DNA of 64,000 nt from Candidatus Latescibacterota bacterium (GCA_965215195.1 CBDCDC010000001.1:320001-384000); one strand, 5' to 3'. Shown: positions 29,235 through 39,582, counted from the first letter of the stretch. Program-made: numbers and translations. Notes: generated by a model from the letters alone, not told the origin.

Positions 29235-29663
29235 CTATGGCGCGATGAACCAGAATTTGATGAGCGCGGTGATCATGCCAAGGACCAGTACGCCGCCGGT
29301 GCTGAGTATCGCATAGAGCAAGGTCTTGACCGATTTCTCCATCTCGCTCTGCACCCGCGCAAAGCCCTCGCGCATCTCGCCGCGCACGTGGGCAAATTCG
29401 GCGTCCATCTTGCCGTTGACCGCAGCAAACCCGGCCTCCATCTCACCGCGCACATGGGCAAATTCGGCGTCCATCTTGCCGTTGACCACGGCAAAGCCGG
29501 TCTCCATCTCGCCGCGCACGTGCGCCACCGCTTTGTCCACCCGCGCAAAGCCCTCGCGCATCTCGCCGTTCATCTCGGCCAATTTCGCATCGGCTTGCGC
29601 CGCCTTCTCTCGCATCTCGCCGCGCACGTGGGCAACCTCGGTGCGGACGTTCCCTTCAGCCAT
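29235..29663 (-). CDS. CCDC90/DUF1640-like coiled-coil protein with C-terminal TM anchor
   Basis: 66-bp tandem repeats AHVRGEMxxGFAxVNGKMDAEF; AAGGAG RBS. Confidence 0.7.
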   Translation of the reverse strand: MAEGNVRTEVAHVRGEMREKAAQADAKLAEMNGEMREGFARVDKAVAHVRGEMETGFAVVNGKMDAEFAHVRGEMEAGFAAVNGKMDAEFAHVRGEMREGFARVQSEMEKSVKTLLYAILSTGGVLVLGMITALIKFWFIAP

Positions 29664-29842
29664 GACCTTGCTCCTTTCAGCAAATGAAGTCAATGATCTA
29701 CCAAGCCAAAAAATAACGAATGTTCCGCAGCGTGTCATCGGCGGCGGACTGGCGATACATAGGCGCACCATCCCAAGTCAAGGCGTCGAATACGGCGTCG
29801 TGCGGCCCGCTGCCCCGTTGAAGTCGTCGGCTGGACCAATAT

Positions 29843-31390
29843 TCACCTCCGCCGCCTCAAGCGCCGGAAAGTACCACGAAGCCACCCGCCACTGATCGCC
29901 GCCTGCCACCGAACCGCGCTGGCCAGCCCCTTGAGGAACCACCAAGCCGCGCTGGGGCTGTGGATGTCCCGCATCCAGTGGCGCAAGACATCCCATGTGG
30001 TGGGATAGTCCAACGCCTTCGTTGAAGCGGCGCAGTCCGCGTCGTCCTTCGGCTTGGCTAGTGCGAGTTTCAGGGACGCGGCAGATATCGTCAGGGCATC
30101 TCCGAAGTCGGCGGGGTTGCCGCCCGCACGATGGGCCCGATGGAGTGCCCACGCACGGGTGATCGACACCTCGCTTCCGTCGGGCAGGACCGAGACCGCG
30201 GTGACCGCAGTCCCCAGCTTGGTGCGCAGACGATGCACCAAGTTTTTGGTGACCGCGGTGGCAGGTAGTGCGATGTGGAACGCCGCCGCGGGAAACTCGT
30301 CGAGCGCCGAGCAGTTGGGACCAATGCGCACCCGCGGGTCCGGCCCGAATTCGTCCCGTAGCCGCGCCCGTAGCTCATCGTCGTCACTTGCTGGCGTTTT
30401 GATTCTCACCACCAAGTCATGCACCCGGTCAGCGAGAATGTTCGCAACGGTCCCGATGACCTGTTCGGAGGGGCAGTCTCTCCCATCAATGGTCACCACG
30501 TACTGGGGTACGCTGAAAATTCGCCCGGGTCTGTTGCTGCGGAACCCGCAATGGGCGATCAGATGGGCTGCTTTCCTGCGCTGGAGTCGATGACTCCATT
30601 CTTTGGCGTTTCCCTCCATCCAGCGGCCTTGGTGCCACGCGAAGGCGTCCCGGACCAGCACCAGCAACCCGCCGAGGGTATAAGCGCGGTAGCCAAACTC
30701 GATGTCCTCCATTCCCCAGCGGGTGAACGATTCGTCGAATCCTCCCATCAATTCGTAGAAAATCCTGCTAATCCCGAGATTTCCGCTGGGCACTACCCTG
30801 AACAAGTCGTCGGCCTTCGACGTCAGATTGTTGGTTCTGGCCATGTGGCTTTCAGCCCAAAACGGATCCGCCGGCCGGTCCGAAAACAGCTCTCTCAACG
30901 GCCCGGTCCGGGATCGAATTGTCTCCGCGCCAATGTCGTCAACCGACATGCAGGTGTAGGGCCCAATGGTCAGGGCGTCGGAGACGGCGTGGTGCCACCG
31001 GGCGTGCGCCGCCATCCAGCCCTCCTCGACGATCATATCGCTGTCGAGAAAGAGCAGAATATCGTGAGCGGCCGCCCGAACGCCGGTGTTCCGCGCCCTA
31101 GAAGCTCCAAACCCACAGCGTTCCTGACGCACCACCTTGACGTCCAACGGCGTTGAGCAAGGCCGCTCCAGCGGCGGCTCCGATCCGTCGTCGACGATCA
31201 CCACCTCGAACAGGTCCCGCGGGTAAGTCTGGCTTTCGAGTGCCGCCAGTGTTCGCTCAAATGTTTCGGCGGGCGTTTGGTAGGCCGGGATGATCACGCT
31301 GACCGGCAGGATGGGCGTGAACGCTTCGGGCACCGGCACCTCCACCTGCCGCCAGTCGTTGTACTGAACGGATGTGGGTTTAGGGCTCAT
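29843..31390 (-). CDS. Glycosyltransferase family 2, paralog of 27697-29211
   Basis: VSVIIPAY, VDDGS, FLDSD, GGFDESFTRWGMED. Confidence 0.92.
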   Translation of the reverse strand: MSPKPTSVQYNDWRQVEVPVPEAFTPILPVSVIIPAYQTPAETFERTLAALESQTYPRDLFEVVIVDDGSEPPLERPCSTPLDVKVVRQERCGFGASRARNTGVRAAAHDILLFLDSDMIVEEGWMAAHARWHHAVSDALTIGPYTCMSVDDIGAETIRSRTGPLRELFSDRPADPFWAESHMARTNNLTSKADDLFRVVPSGNLGISRIFYELMGGFDESFTRWGMEDIEFGYRAYTLGGLLVLVRDAFAWHQGRWMEGNAKEWSHRLQRRKAAHLIAHCGFRSNRPGRIFSVPQYVVTIDGRDCPSEQVIGTVANILADRVHDLVVRIKTPASDDDELRARLRDEFGPDPRVRIGPNCSALDEFPAAAFHIALPATAVTKNLVHRLRTKLGTAVTAVSVLPDGSEVSITRAWALHRAHRAGGNPADFGDALTISAASLKLALAKPKDDADCAASTKALDYPTTWDVLRHWMRDIHSPSAAWWFLKGLASAVRWQAAISGGWLRGTFRRLRRRR

Positions 31391-31490
31391 CTTGACTTTC
31401 AGATTGGACGTACATAGAGCAAGTGAACGGCAGACAGTGATGAGCCTTTAAGCAGGAGCATGATAAGGGCGGCGTAATCTCAGTTAATTA

Positions 31491-32596
31491 CTGACGTTAC
31501 GCAGCGTATCTTTTTCGGTTATCTTGCAGGTATGGACAAACAACTCTTAGACTTATATAGCGATTATCTGCTCAGTTCGTTTGGCGCGACCACCGCGACG
31601 GGCTTATCGGCGTTGGTCAAAGGGGCCGTCAGTCATGATCAGGTCACGCGCTTTCTGTCGCGTGCGGACTATGATGCGAAAACGCTGTGGCAACAGATCA
31701 AGCCGCTGGTGCGGTCCATCCAACAGGACGATGGGGTGCTCATCTTCGATGATACGATCCAAGAAAAGCCGCATACCGATGAGAACGACGTCATCTGTTG
31801 GCATTATGATCATAGCCAACATCGTTCGGTCAAGGGCCTCAACCTCCTCCATTGTGTCTATCACGCCGACGGGGTGAGCCTGCCGGTAACGTATGCGTTG
31901 ATCCGCAAACCCATCCTCTTTAGCGAGGTCAAGACCCGTCGGGTCAAGCGCAAGAGCCTCGTTACGAAAAATGAACAGATGCGAGCAATGTTGCGTGTTT
32001 GCCAGCAGAATCAGCTTCCCTATCGCTATGTCTTAGCCGATAGCTGGTTTTCGGCCAAGGATAACTTAACCTTCATCCGCCAGACCCTCCATAAACACTT
32101 CGTCGTCGCCCTCAAATCCAATCGGACGGTCGCCTTGAGCTATGCACAGAAACGGCAAGGGGCTTTCTCGCGCATAGATGCCTGTGATTTGCCCGAACAG
32201 CAGCCGGTGCCCGGCTGGATAAAAGGAGTCGATTTTCCCGTCCTTTTACTCCGGCAGGTCTTTACGAACAAGGACGGCAGCACCGGCACGCTGTATCTGG
32301 CCTGCAGTGATCTGACCTGCGATGGAGCCACCCTCGAAGCCATCTACCAGAAACGGTGGAACGTCGAGACGTTTCATAAAACGCTCAAGTCCCATGCTGC
32401 CTTAGCGAAGTCGCCGACCAAGCGCGAGCGCACCCAAAGCAATCACTGTTTTATGGCGCTGTATGCGGCCTGTCGCTTGGAGAGCCTGCGGATCAAACAT
32501 CAACTCAATCACTTCGCCTTGCGGTCTCGACTCTATCTCAAGGCCATTCGATATGCCTTCGATGAGCTACAAAGGCTGAAAACTGCGTAACGTCAG
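31491..32596 (+). mobile_element. IS701-family insertion sequence, 1106 bp
   Basis: Perfect 14-bp TIRs ctgacgttacgcag / ctgcgtaacgtcag; TTAATTA directly repeated at 31484-31490 and 32597-32603. Confidence 0.92.
31532..32590 (+). CDS. IS701-family DDE transposase
   Basis: SHDQVTRFL, IFDDT, LADSWF, YQKRWNVETFHK. Confidence 0.92.
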   Translation: MDKQLLDLYSDYLLSSFGATTATGLSALVKGAVSHDQVTRFLSRADYDAKTLWQQIKPLVRSIQQDDGVLIFDDTIQEKPHTDENDVICWHYDHSQHRSVKGLNLLHCVYHADGVSLPVTYALIRKPILFSEVKTRRVKRKSLVTKNEQMRAMLRVCQQNQLPYRYVLADSWFSAKDNLTFIRQTLHKHFVVALKSNRTVALSYAQKRQGAFSRIDACDLPEQQPVPGWIKGVDFPVLLLRQVFTNKDGSTGTLYLACSDLTCDGATLEAIYQKRWNVETFHKTLKSHAALAKSPTKRERTQSNHCFMALYAACRLESLRIKHQLNHFALRSRLYLKAIRYAFDELQRLKTA

Positions 32597-32695
32597 TTAA
32601 TTATTTTATGATTATTATACAGGCTGACGTTGGAAATTTGCTCACGCCCGTGATGAGGGTGAACTCAAGGTGCGCGTCGGCGAACTTGCGCGGCA

Positions 32696-34294
32696 CTACA
32701 TGCCCCACACGACGATCGTGCGACTGTCCCGGCGCACCTCGCGGCGGAACACCTTTTCTTCCCACCGCTTGCCTTCTGTGCGGTCAAAGACGATCAGGTG
32801 CCCAGCCTCGCTCCCACAACGATCCATGTAGCCGACCGTCTGCTCAAGGCCCCGGCAGACGATCCCCGCCAAGCTCTGGCGTTGCCCTTCGTGCCAGACC
32901 TTGCACTCCACGACGAACGTCCTCCAAAGCTCTGATGGACCATCGCCCACCGGCCACCGAATCAGCAAATCGGTGCGACCCCGACCCAAGCCGTATTCCC
33001 GCTCGAGGCGACCACCGCCGTTGACCACCCGCTGCAAAAACGCCTGTAGAATCAACTGCGGCCCCGCTTCTCGGTACTCGAACCGTCCCAGCCAATGCTC
33101 GGAGTGCTCGCGAAAGAAGGCTTGGAAGGCTGCGAGCAGTTTATCGAGGTTCAGGCTGCTGTCGGCATTCACGTACCAAGCGACGTCCTGATCCAAGCTG
33201 TCCTGTAGGACATAGCCCAATTCCCGCGGCACTACCTCCGCGTAGATGGGATTGGCCATGCACGGCGGAGACCCTCGGGCGACCAAGCCCAAGTCGCGGA
33301 CGTAGTCGAGATCGTGGAGGTGGTAGCGGGGCTCGTCGCCGCCGCTGAGCATGGGTTCAACGACGCGCCGCACACGATCTTCTTCTAACTTGTGGGCGAG
33401 TTGGTCGAGATGGGTGCGTCGGCTCAAGATCAGGCGCTCGCGGGCGTCAAGGATGTCGGCGGCGGCGATGGCGCGGGAGCGGTCGCGGCCGGCCGGGTGG
33501 TCAAAGCAGGCATCGGCACACAGGGCGTTGACCAGCCAGGGCTGCCCTTGCGTCTGCGTCCAGACCAGCTTTAGGGCCTCCGGCGTGAATGCCTGCCCAG
33601 TCTCGTGGGTGTGCTGCGCTATCAGCGCGTGCGTTTCGGCTTCGGAGAAGTCGCCGAGGCGCAGGGACTTGGCCGCGATGTTGAACGGGCTGCCGCCAGC
33701 GATCACCTCGCCCGAACTCGAGCGGATGCGATAGTCTTGGATGTCGCGCACCCCGCACAGCACCACGCTTTGCGGAAAGCCTTCGGGACGCTGCTCGTAC
33801 CCGGCGCGCAACTGCCGGAGCACGGACAGCAAGGTGTCGCCGACGAGGGCGTCGATCTCGTCGATCAGCAGCACAACCGGCGTCGGATCGGCCTCGCACC
33901 AGCGCGTCAACAGTTCCGCGAAGGCGTCGTCGGGGCCAAACGTCGCCAGAATATCGGGCCAGACTTGGTTCGGAAATTCGTCGCCCAACAAGCGCGCTCG
34001 CGTGGACAGAATTCCCAGAATAGCACGTATGGCGCGCACCGTGTCTTCGCGTGCTGCTTGGCCGACCTCGACATTCGTATGTACGCACCGAAAGTTGCCT
34101 TGCTCGCCGCTGTTCAGCAGGTCGCGCAGCGCAATCAGGGCAGAGGTCTTGCCCGTCTGCCGCGGCGCATGCAGCACGAAGTACCGTTCGTCCCGGATCA
34201 TGTCGAGGATTTCATTGATATCCACCCTGTCCAGCGGTGGGATGGCGTAGTGCTTGTCGGGCCGGACAGGGCCTTCTGTATTGAATCGGCGCAT
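32696..34294 (-). CDS. AAA-like ATP-binding protein with C-terminal PD-(D/E)XK-like domain
   Basis: FNTEGP, APRQTGKTS, LIDEID, SPFNI, EREYGLGRGRTDL...VECK. Confidence 0.85.
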   Translation of the reverse strand: MRRFNTEGPVRPDKHYAIPPLDRVDINEILDMIRDERYFVLHAPRQTGKTSALIALRDLLNSGEQGNFRCVHTNVEVGQAAREDTVRAIRAILGILSTRARLLGDEFPNQVWPDILATFGPDDAFAELLTRWCEADPTPVVLLIDEIDALVGDTLLSVLRQLRAGYEQRPEGFPQSVVLCGVRDIQDYRIRSSSGEVIAGGSPFNIAAKSLRLGDFSEAETHALIAQHTHETGQAFTPEALKLVWTQTQGQPWLVNALCADACFDHPAGRDRSRAIAAADILDARERLILSRRTHLDQLAHKLEEDRVRRVVEPMLSGGDEPRYHLHDLDYVRDLGLVARGSPPCMANPIYAEVVPRELGYVLQDSLDQDVAWYVNADSSLNLDKLLAAFQAFFREHSEHWLGRFEYREAGPQLILQAFLQRVVNGGGRLEREYGLGRGRTDLLIRWPVGDGPSELWRTFVVECKVWHEGQRQSLAGIVCRGLEQTVGYMDRCGSEAGHLIVFDRTEGKRWEEKVFRREVRRDSRTIVVWGM

Positions 34295-34629
34295 GAATCC
34301 AATATGCCCCTCAGCATCGGTCAGGGCAATGTCTCGATCCGCTTAGTCCGCGACACTAAGGCTTCGACGACTCGACTGAGCTCGCCGAAGTCCTGAGCTC
34401 AGCCGAAGGGTTTCCGCCGGGTGCGTGGGCAGCCTGCCCGCCAACAGAGGCTGAGGCGATTGTTTATCGCAATTTATTAATTTTTAAGACTATATATTCA
34501 ATAAAATTAATTAACAAATTAATAAATTGATGTTACATCGCCGAACGCCATGCTGGGATACTGAGCCGTGAACGGATCGAGGATCGGCAAGTGCTTTGAG
34601 GACGTTTTCCAGCGACCCACAAGAACTGC

Positions 34630-34698
34630 TTACGAGCCTCTCGCCAGCGCGTCTTTCATCAACTTGTAGTGCAAGCTATCGGCCAGCGCGATCCAACT
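34630..34698 (-). repeat. Duplicated cimA 3' end
   Basis: 34643-34698 is identical (56 bp) to 36545-36600 and continues to its own stop (KDALARGS*). Confidence 0.95.
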
Positions 34699-34782
34699 GT
34701 AGGCGGAGTCGTGGACAGCTTTGTTTTTGCCACGGCCGTCTTCACAAGACAGCGAACAGGATGGCGAATAAGGCGCGTTGAC

Positions 34783-35217
34783 TCATTTTTCCTCCTTTGG
34801 TTTCCCTTCTCTAAGAGGGGTTCGCAAGTTTATCCTTCTAGAAGAATGCTCTTCCAACCAACTAACAAGTTGATCCCGAGAAACATCTCCTGATGCAACT
34901 CCGAAGATGATTTCTTCTTGGATATCTACGATTGCATCAATCTCATATCCATTTCGTTTTAAGAATACTTCCATTGCAGCATGTCCCACCCGTTTATTCC
35001 CATCGATAAAGGGATGATTCTTAATCAAGGAGAAGCATAAGGCCGCTGCCTTTTCTATAACAGTGGGATAGAGAGCTTGTCCAAAGGCCGTCATACGAGG
35101 TTGCTCTACAGCCGATTCCAATCCACTACAATTGAGCACCCCCATAGACCCGCCACTTGTTTCAACAACACGCCTATGAAGTTCCAATACTTCATCTAGA
35201 CTGATATAATACATCAA
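34783..35217 (-). CDS. doc: Doc/Fic family toxin
   Basis: HPFIDGNKR, LESAVEQP. Confidence 0.9.
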   Translation of the reverse strand: MMYYISLDEVLELHRRVVETSGGSMGVLNCSGLESAVEQPRMTAFGQALYPTVIEKAAALCFSLIKNHPFIDGNKRVGHAAMEVFLKRNGYEIDAIVDIQEEIIFGVASGDVSRDQLVSWLEEHSSRRINLRTPLREGKPKEEK

Positions 35218-36311
35218 CTTAGTCTTCGATAAAGTTCTCTATTCTTCTCCAACACATATTCAGCAATCTGCTCAAACTCCTGTCCGCGAAATACACCTCT
35301 ACAAAAAAAATTAATAAGGTCATGTTTTGACTGACAATGCGATCCAGTAGCTCCTGATCTGAAACCCAAATGGTGCCCAAGGACAATGCGTATGATCTCA
35401 GGAACTACTTCCGCAGCTATTTTTATGGTGTGTATTTTGGATTGCTCATCGTTAAGTCCTCTTAATTTTGGCCGACCTGTATGAATTAGGCGATTACGTA
35501 CTTGGTCAACGTCTTGAATCCGATCCTTTTGATCAGGGGTCGGCGACGAATCTATAATCTCAAGTGATTGGAGAAGCGAAAACAATTTATCTTTTGAAGC
35601 TGGGCCACGATCAATCTGGGCATATAGCAAACGTCTATACCTCTCCGCCTGATCCGGTTGGAGAGCCTTTGTTTGCTCGAAGCAATTGAGGACATTGCTT
35701 ATTTCATTTTTAAGTTTCTTACGGATATTATTGCCGACCTTCTGATAAGTCGTTTTATGGTCGTCGAGAATTATGTTGAGTGCCGTGGAATACAAAGCGG
35801 CGCGGGATTGCAAAAGGTTGACCTCCATTGCCTCATTGTATAAGAGCAGAGCAGTGTGCAAATTTTTCGATACCAAGCAATCTCTATGCTGCCAAGCAAG
35901 TGCTGCTGCCTTCAAGGTCTCAACTGCAGCCACTGCATAGTCCCCATGTGAATCGGGTCTATACCTTCTCTTGTATTCTGTAGTTACAACTCTTCTACCG
36001 GTTAGAAAAGTGAGTAAATTGCATAGATCCCATATCCCTCCATCATCGCATTCTTCGTGGATAAGAACGCTCTTTTCTTTGGAATCTTGGTAAGACACAG
36101 TTGCGGTGGCTTGCCAAGTGCCTTCACGTGGTGATGACAGTTTTACCTCTGTCCCATTGCTGACCAAGCTTGCAGGTTTAGCCAGTTGGGCAATTTTGGC
36201 ATCGTAATCATCTGTGAGACAAACCGTAAGGCCACCAATTTCATATTCTGACCATCGGAGGCTAGCGAGTGGTTCGTCTACATATAAATTGAAGAGGTCA
36301 ACTGTTTTCAT
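35214..36311 (-). CDS. Low-GC hypothetical protein with HEPN-like RxxxxH motif and antitoxin-like tail
   Basis: VRNRLIHTG; ends EFEQIAEYVLEKNRELYRRLS, overlapping the doc start. Confidence 0.6.
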   Translation of the reverse strand: MKTVDLFNLYVDEPLASLRWSEYEIGGLTVCLTDDYDAKIAQLAKPASLVSNGTEVKLSSPREGTWQATATVSYQDSKEKSVLIHEECDDGGIWDLCNLLTFLTGRRVVTTEYKRRYRPDSHGDYAVAAVETLKAAALAWQHRDCLVSKNLHTALLLYNEAMEVNLLQSRAALYSTALNIILDDHKTTYQKVGNNIRKKLKNEISNVLNCFEQTKALQPDQAERYRRLLYAQIDRGPASKDKLFSLLQSLEIIDSSPTPDQKDRIQDVDQVRNRLIHTGRPKLRGLNDEQSKIHTIKIAAEVVPEIIRIVLGHHLGFRSGATGSHCQSKHDLINFFCRGVFRGQEFEQIAEYVLEKNRELYRRLS

Positions 36312-36486
36312 TGCTACTTCCTTCCACAGCGACAAAGGTGGACCGAAGTTCCTCGGCGAAATCTTCGCGTAATTCCGCTCCCTCATCAGGGTCGCCCAGC
36401 ATTTCTGAGAGCGCGTGTGCAACAATCTCCTGAACAAGTGCTCTAAACTCATCAACTGTTAAATCGGCAACTTTTGCAGAGGTCAT
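36298..36486 (-). CDS. Small antitoxin-like protein, probably 3' truncated
   Basis: KVADLTVDEFRALV...DPDEGAELREDF. Confidence 0.55.
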   Translation of the reverse strand: MTSAKVADLTVDEFRALVQEIVAHALSEMLGDPDEGAELREDFAEELRSTFVAVEGSSNENS

Positions 36487-36510
36487 TGTCTTGTTCCTTG
36501 ATTTGAGCAC

Positions 36511-38106
36511 TCAGTCCGTCCCAGTCGCGCCGACAGCTAGCTCGGCCAGCGCGTCTTTCATCAACTTGTAGTGCAAGCTATCGGCCAGCGCGATCCAACT
36601 CGCCTCAATCACATTCTCCGAAACCCCCACCGTACCCCATACGTCCTTGCCGTCCGAGGACTCGATCAACACTCGCACCTTGGCCGCGGTCCCGTCCCCG
36701 CTCGACAACACCCGCACCTTGTAGTCCTCCAAATGCACCTGCTCGAGCGCGGGGAACTCCTGCTCCAACGCCTTGCGCAGCGCTTGGTCGAGCGCGTTGA
36801 CCGGGCCATCGCCGCCAGCGACCGTATGGTACTCGGCATCGCCGATGGCGACCTTGACAATGGCCTCGGCTGCTTCGAGGTGCGCCCCGGTCCGGCGGTT
36901 GATGGTGCGGAAGTTGATCAGGGTGAATAAGTCCTCGTACGTGCCTTGAACTCGGCGCGCCAGCAGCTCAAACGACCCCTCGGCTGCCTCGAACTGATAA
37001 CCCTCGTGCTCTAGCTGCTTGACCCGTTCCAAGACCCGCCCCACCAGCGGATCCTTTTTTTCTATATCGGGTAAAAATCGCCGCAGCTTGCTGACGATCG
37101 TGGCTCCGCCCGCTTGGTCCGAGACCAAGAAGCGCCGCTCGTTGCCCGTGGCTTGGGGATCGATGTGTTCGTAGCAGCGCGGGTTCTTGGTCATGGCGTC
37201 GATGTGTACGCCCCCCTTGTGGGCAAATGCGCTCTCGCCGACATAAGGCTGGCGGTGGTCGTGGTACACGTTGGCGATCTCGCTCAGGAAGCGGGAGAAG
37301 TCCATCAGGTCTTTGAGCCGCTCCGCCCCGAGGGTCTGGTAGCCCATCTTCAGCTCCAAGTTGGGCAAGATGGCGCACAGGTTGGCGTTGCCGCAGCGCT
37401 CGCCATAGCCGTTGAAGGTCCCTTGCACTTGCACTGCGCCCCGCTCCACGGCCACGAGGGTATTGGCCACGCCCACGCCGGCATCGTTGTGCGCGTGAAT
37501 GCCAAAGGGAACCCGGATCCGCTCGGCGACCTGTTCGACGATCTGGCCCATCTCGCTGGTCAGGGTGCCGCCATTGGTATCGCAGAGCACCAAAATCCGC
37601 GCTCCACCGCGCTCGGCCGCCAACAGGGTCTCGACCGCGTAGCCGGCGTCGGCCTTATAGCCGTCGAAAAAGTGCTCGGCGTCGTAGATCACCTCGCGAC
37701 CATGGCCGACGAGATAGGCGACCGAATCCTCGATTAGCTGCAAATTTTCTTCTAGGGTCGTCTTGAGCGCCTCCACGACGTGCAGAGTCCAACTCTTGCC
37801 AAAGATGCAAACGCTGCTGGTCTCGGCCCGCAGCAGCGTGTTCAGGGTTGCGTCCTCTGCCGGGGCCACGCCGGCCCGGCGCGTACTGCCAAAGGCCACC
37901 ACTCGCGCCTTCAGGCCCAGCTTCTTCACCTCTTGGAAAAAGGCCAGATCCTTGGGATTGGTCGGGTTGGGCCAGCCCCCTTCGATGTAATCGACTCCGA
38001 GCGCATCGAGCCGCCGAGCGATCAGCAGCTTGTCCTCTAGCGAGTAGGAAATGCCCTCGGCTTGGGCGCCGTCCCGCAGGGTGGAGTCATAGACTTCGAT
38101 GCGCAT
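36511..38106 (-). CDS. cimA: Citramalate synthase
   Basis: DSTLRDGAQAEG, YIEGGWP, YDAEHFFDG, HAHND, AHKGGVH, LeuA-type regulatory domain. Confidence 0.93.
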   Translation of the reverse strand: MRIEVYDSTLRDGAQAEGISYSLEDKLLIARRLDALGVDYIEGGWPNPTNPKDLAFFQEVKKLGLKARVVAFGSTRRAGVAPAEDATLNTLLRAETSSVCIFGKSWTLHVVEALKTTLEENLQLIEDSVAYLVGHGREVIYDAEHFFDGYKADAGYAVETLLAAERGGARILVLCDTNGGTLTSEMGQIVEQVAERIRVPFGIHAHNDAGVGVANTLVAVERGAVQVQGTFNGYGERCGNANLCAILPNLELKMGYQTLGAERLKDLMDFSRFLSEIANVYHDHRQPYVGESAFAHKGGVHIDAMTKNPRCYEHIDPQATGNERRFLVSDQAGGATIVSKLRRFLPDIEKKDPLVGRVLERVKQLEHEGYQFEAAEGSFELLARRVQGTYEDLFTLINFRTINRRTGAHLEAAEAIVKVAIGDAEYHTVAGGDGPVNALDQALRKALEQEFPALEQVHLEDYKVRVLSSGDGTAAKVRVLIESSDGKDVWGTVGVSENVIEASWIALADSLHYKLMKDALAELAVGATGTD

Positions 38107-38127
38107 GGTGTCGCTCCCCTCCATGGA

Positions 38128-39186
38128 CTAGGCCTCGGCCACAGCCTGGGCTACCAGATCGCCTACTTCGGCCGTGGAATATCCCATTCTGCCCGCTCCC
38201 ATGTCGTCGAGCTTGCCCAGCGTCGAGACGATAGCGCCCTCCAAAATGCGGGCACCCTCGCGCTCGCCGAGCGTGTCGAGCATGAGCTGACAGGCGCCGA
38301 TGGCGGCTAGCGGGTTGATGATATTCTGGCCGCTGTACTTGGGGGCCGAGCCGCCGATCGGCTCGAACATCGACACGCCTTCGGGGTTGATGTTGCCCCC
38401 GGCCGCAATGCCCATCCCGCCTTGGATCATTGCGCCCAAATCCGTGATGATGTCCCCGAACATGTTGTCGGTGACCACCACGTCGAACCACTCGGGATTT
38501 TTGACCATCCACATGCAGATGGCATCGACGTGGGCGTAGTCGCGCTTGATGGCTGGATAGTCGGCCGCGCCGATTTCGTGGAACGCCCGCTCCCACAGGT
38601 CGAAGGCATAGGTCAGCACATTGGTCTTGCCGCACAGGGTCAAGGTGTTGTCCTTGTTGCGCCGCTGGGTGTGCTCAAAGGCGTAGCGCAGACAGCGCTC
38701 GACGCCTTTGCGGGTGTTGATCGATTCCTGCACCGCGATTTCGTCGGGCGTACCCTTCTTGAGGAAGCCTCCGGCACCGGCGTACAGCCCCTCGGTGTTT
38801 TCGCGCACCACCACGAAGTCGATTTCCTCGGGGCCCTTGTCCTTAATCGGCGTCGGCACATTGGGGTAGAGCTTGACCGGGCGGAGGTTGATGTACTGGT
38901 CCAATTCAAAGCGCAATCTCAGTAGAATGCCCTTTTCGAGGATACCCGGCTTCACGTCGGGGTGGCCGATGGCCCCTAGGTAAATGGCATCGAACTGCCG
39001 AAACTCGTCGGCCGCCGAGTCGGGCAAGACCTCTCCGGTGCGCAAGTAGCGGTCACCGCCAAAGTCGAACTCAACGGTCTCGTATTTGAATCCCTGTTTG
39101 GTGGCCACCGCGTCGAGCGCTTTTAAGCCCTCGACCACCACTTCAGGCCCTGTTCCGTCTCCGGGTAGTACGGCGATTTTGTGCAA
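38128..39186 (-). CDS. leuB: 3-isopropylmalate dehydrogenase
   Basis: [27 protein letters not shown]; AGGAGG then TTG at 39186. Confidence 0.93.
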   Translation of the reverse strand: MHKIAVLPGDGTGPEVVVEGLKALDAVATKQGFKYETVEFDFGGDRYLRTGEVLPDSAADEFRQFDAIYLGAIGHPDVKPGILEKGILLRLRFELDQYINLRPVKLYPNVPTPIKDKGPEEIDFVVVRENTEGLYAGAGGFLKKGTPDEIAVQESINTRKGVERCLRYAFEHTQRRNKDNTLTLCGKTNVLTYAFDLWERAFHEIGAADYPAIKRDYAHVDAICMWMVKNPEWFDVVVTDNMFGDIITDLGAMIQGGMGIAAGGNINPEGVSMFEPIGGSAPKYSGQNIINPLAAIGACQLMLDTLGEREGARILEGAIVSTLGKLDDMGAGRMGYSTAEVGDLVAQAVAEA

Positions 39187-39190
39187 GTAT

Positions 39191-39451
39191 TTACCTCCTT
39201 CTACTCTCGTTCCAATTGGCAAAATAGCGCGCTCCTGTGACCGCGATTCGAACAGCGGCGTATAGCAACATCGCGCCGACTGTGAGGATCAACACCACGA
39301 ACACCAACCCGGTCGCGATTAGAATCCCGCAGATAACAATTGCCGCGACAAATGCCGCGACAAATGCCAAAAACAGCAAAGCGGTCGTCGGTATCAGCAC
39401 CCGGGCTAATGGGTTGGTAACTTTCCGTCCATTTACTTTGATGTGTCCCAT
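39191..39451 (-). CDS. Small membrane protein
   Basis: 86 aa, long hydrophobic stretch, AAGGAG RBS, inserted between leuD and leuB. Confidence 0.55.
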   Translation of the reverse strand: MGHIKVNGRKVTNPLARVLIPTTALLFLAFVAAFVAAIVICGILIATGLVFVVLILTVGAMLLYAAVRIAVTGARYFANWNESRRR

Positions 39452-39480
39452 CTCGATCTCCTTCAGAACTCTGCCAGCCA

Positions 39481-39582
39481 GCGGCCAAAAGCTGGCCCAG
39501 CGAATCCCAGCTCCCCTTGAGAAACTGCTCGCGCCGGCTGGCCGCTATCTCAGCGGACACCTCGCCGCCGGCGTAGCGGACC
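39481..39582 (-). repeat. Duplicated leuD 3' segment
   Basis: 39481-39533 is identical (53 bp) to 39761-39813; the adjoining part is a diverged homolog (VRYAGGEVSAEIAAS vs VRWASREVAAEIADG). Confidence 0.93.
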
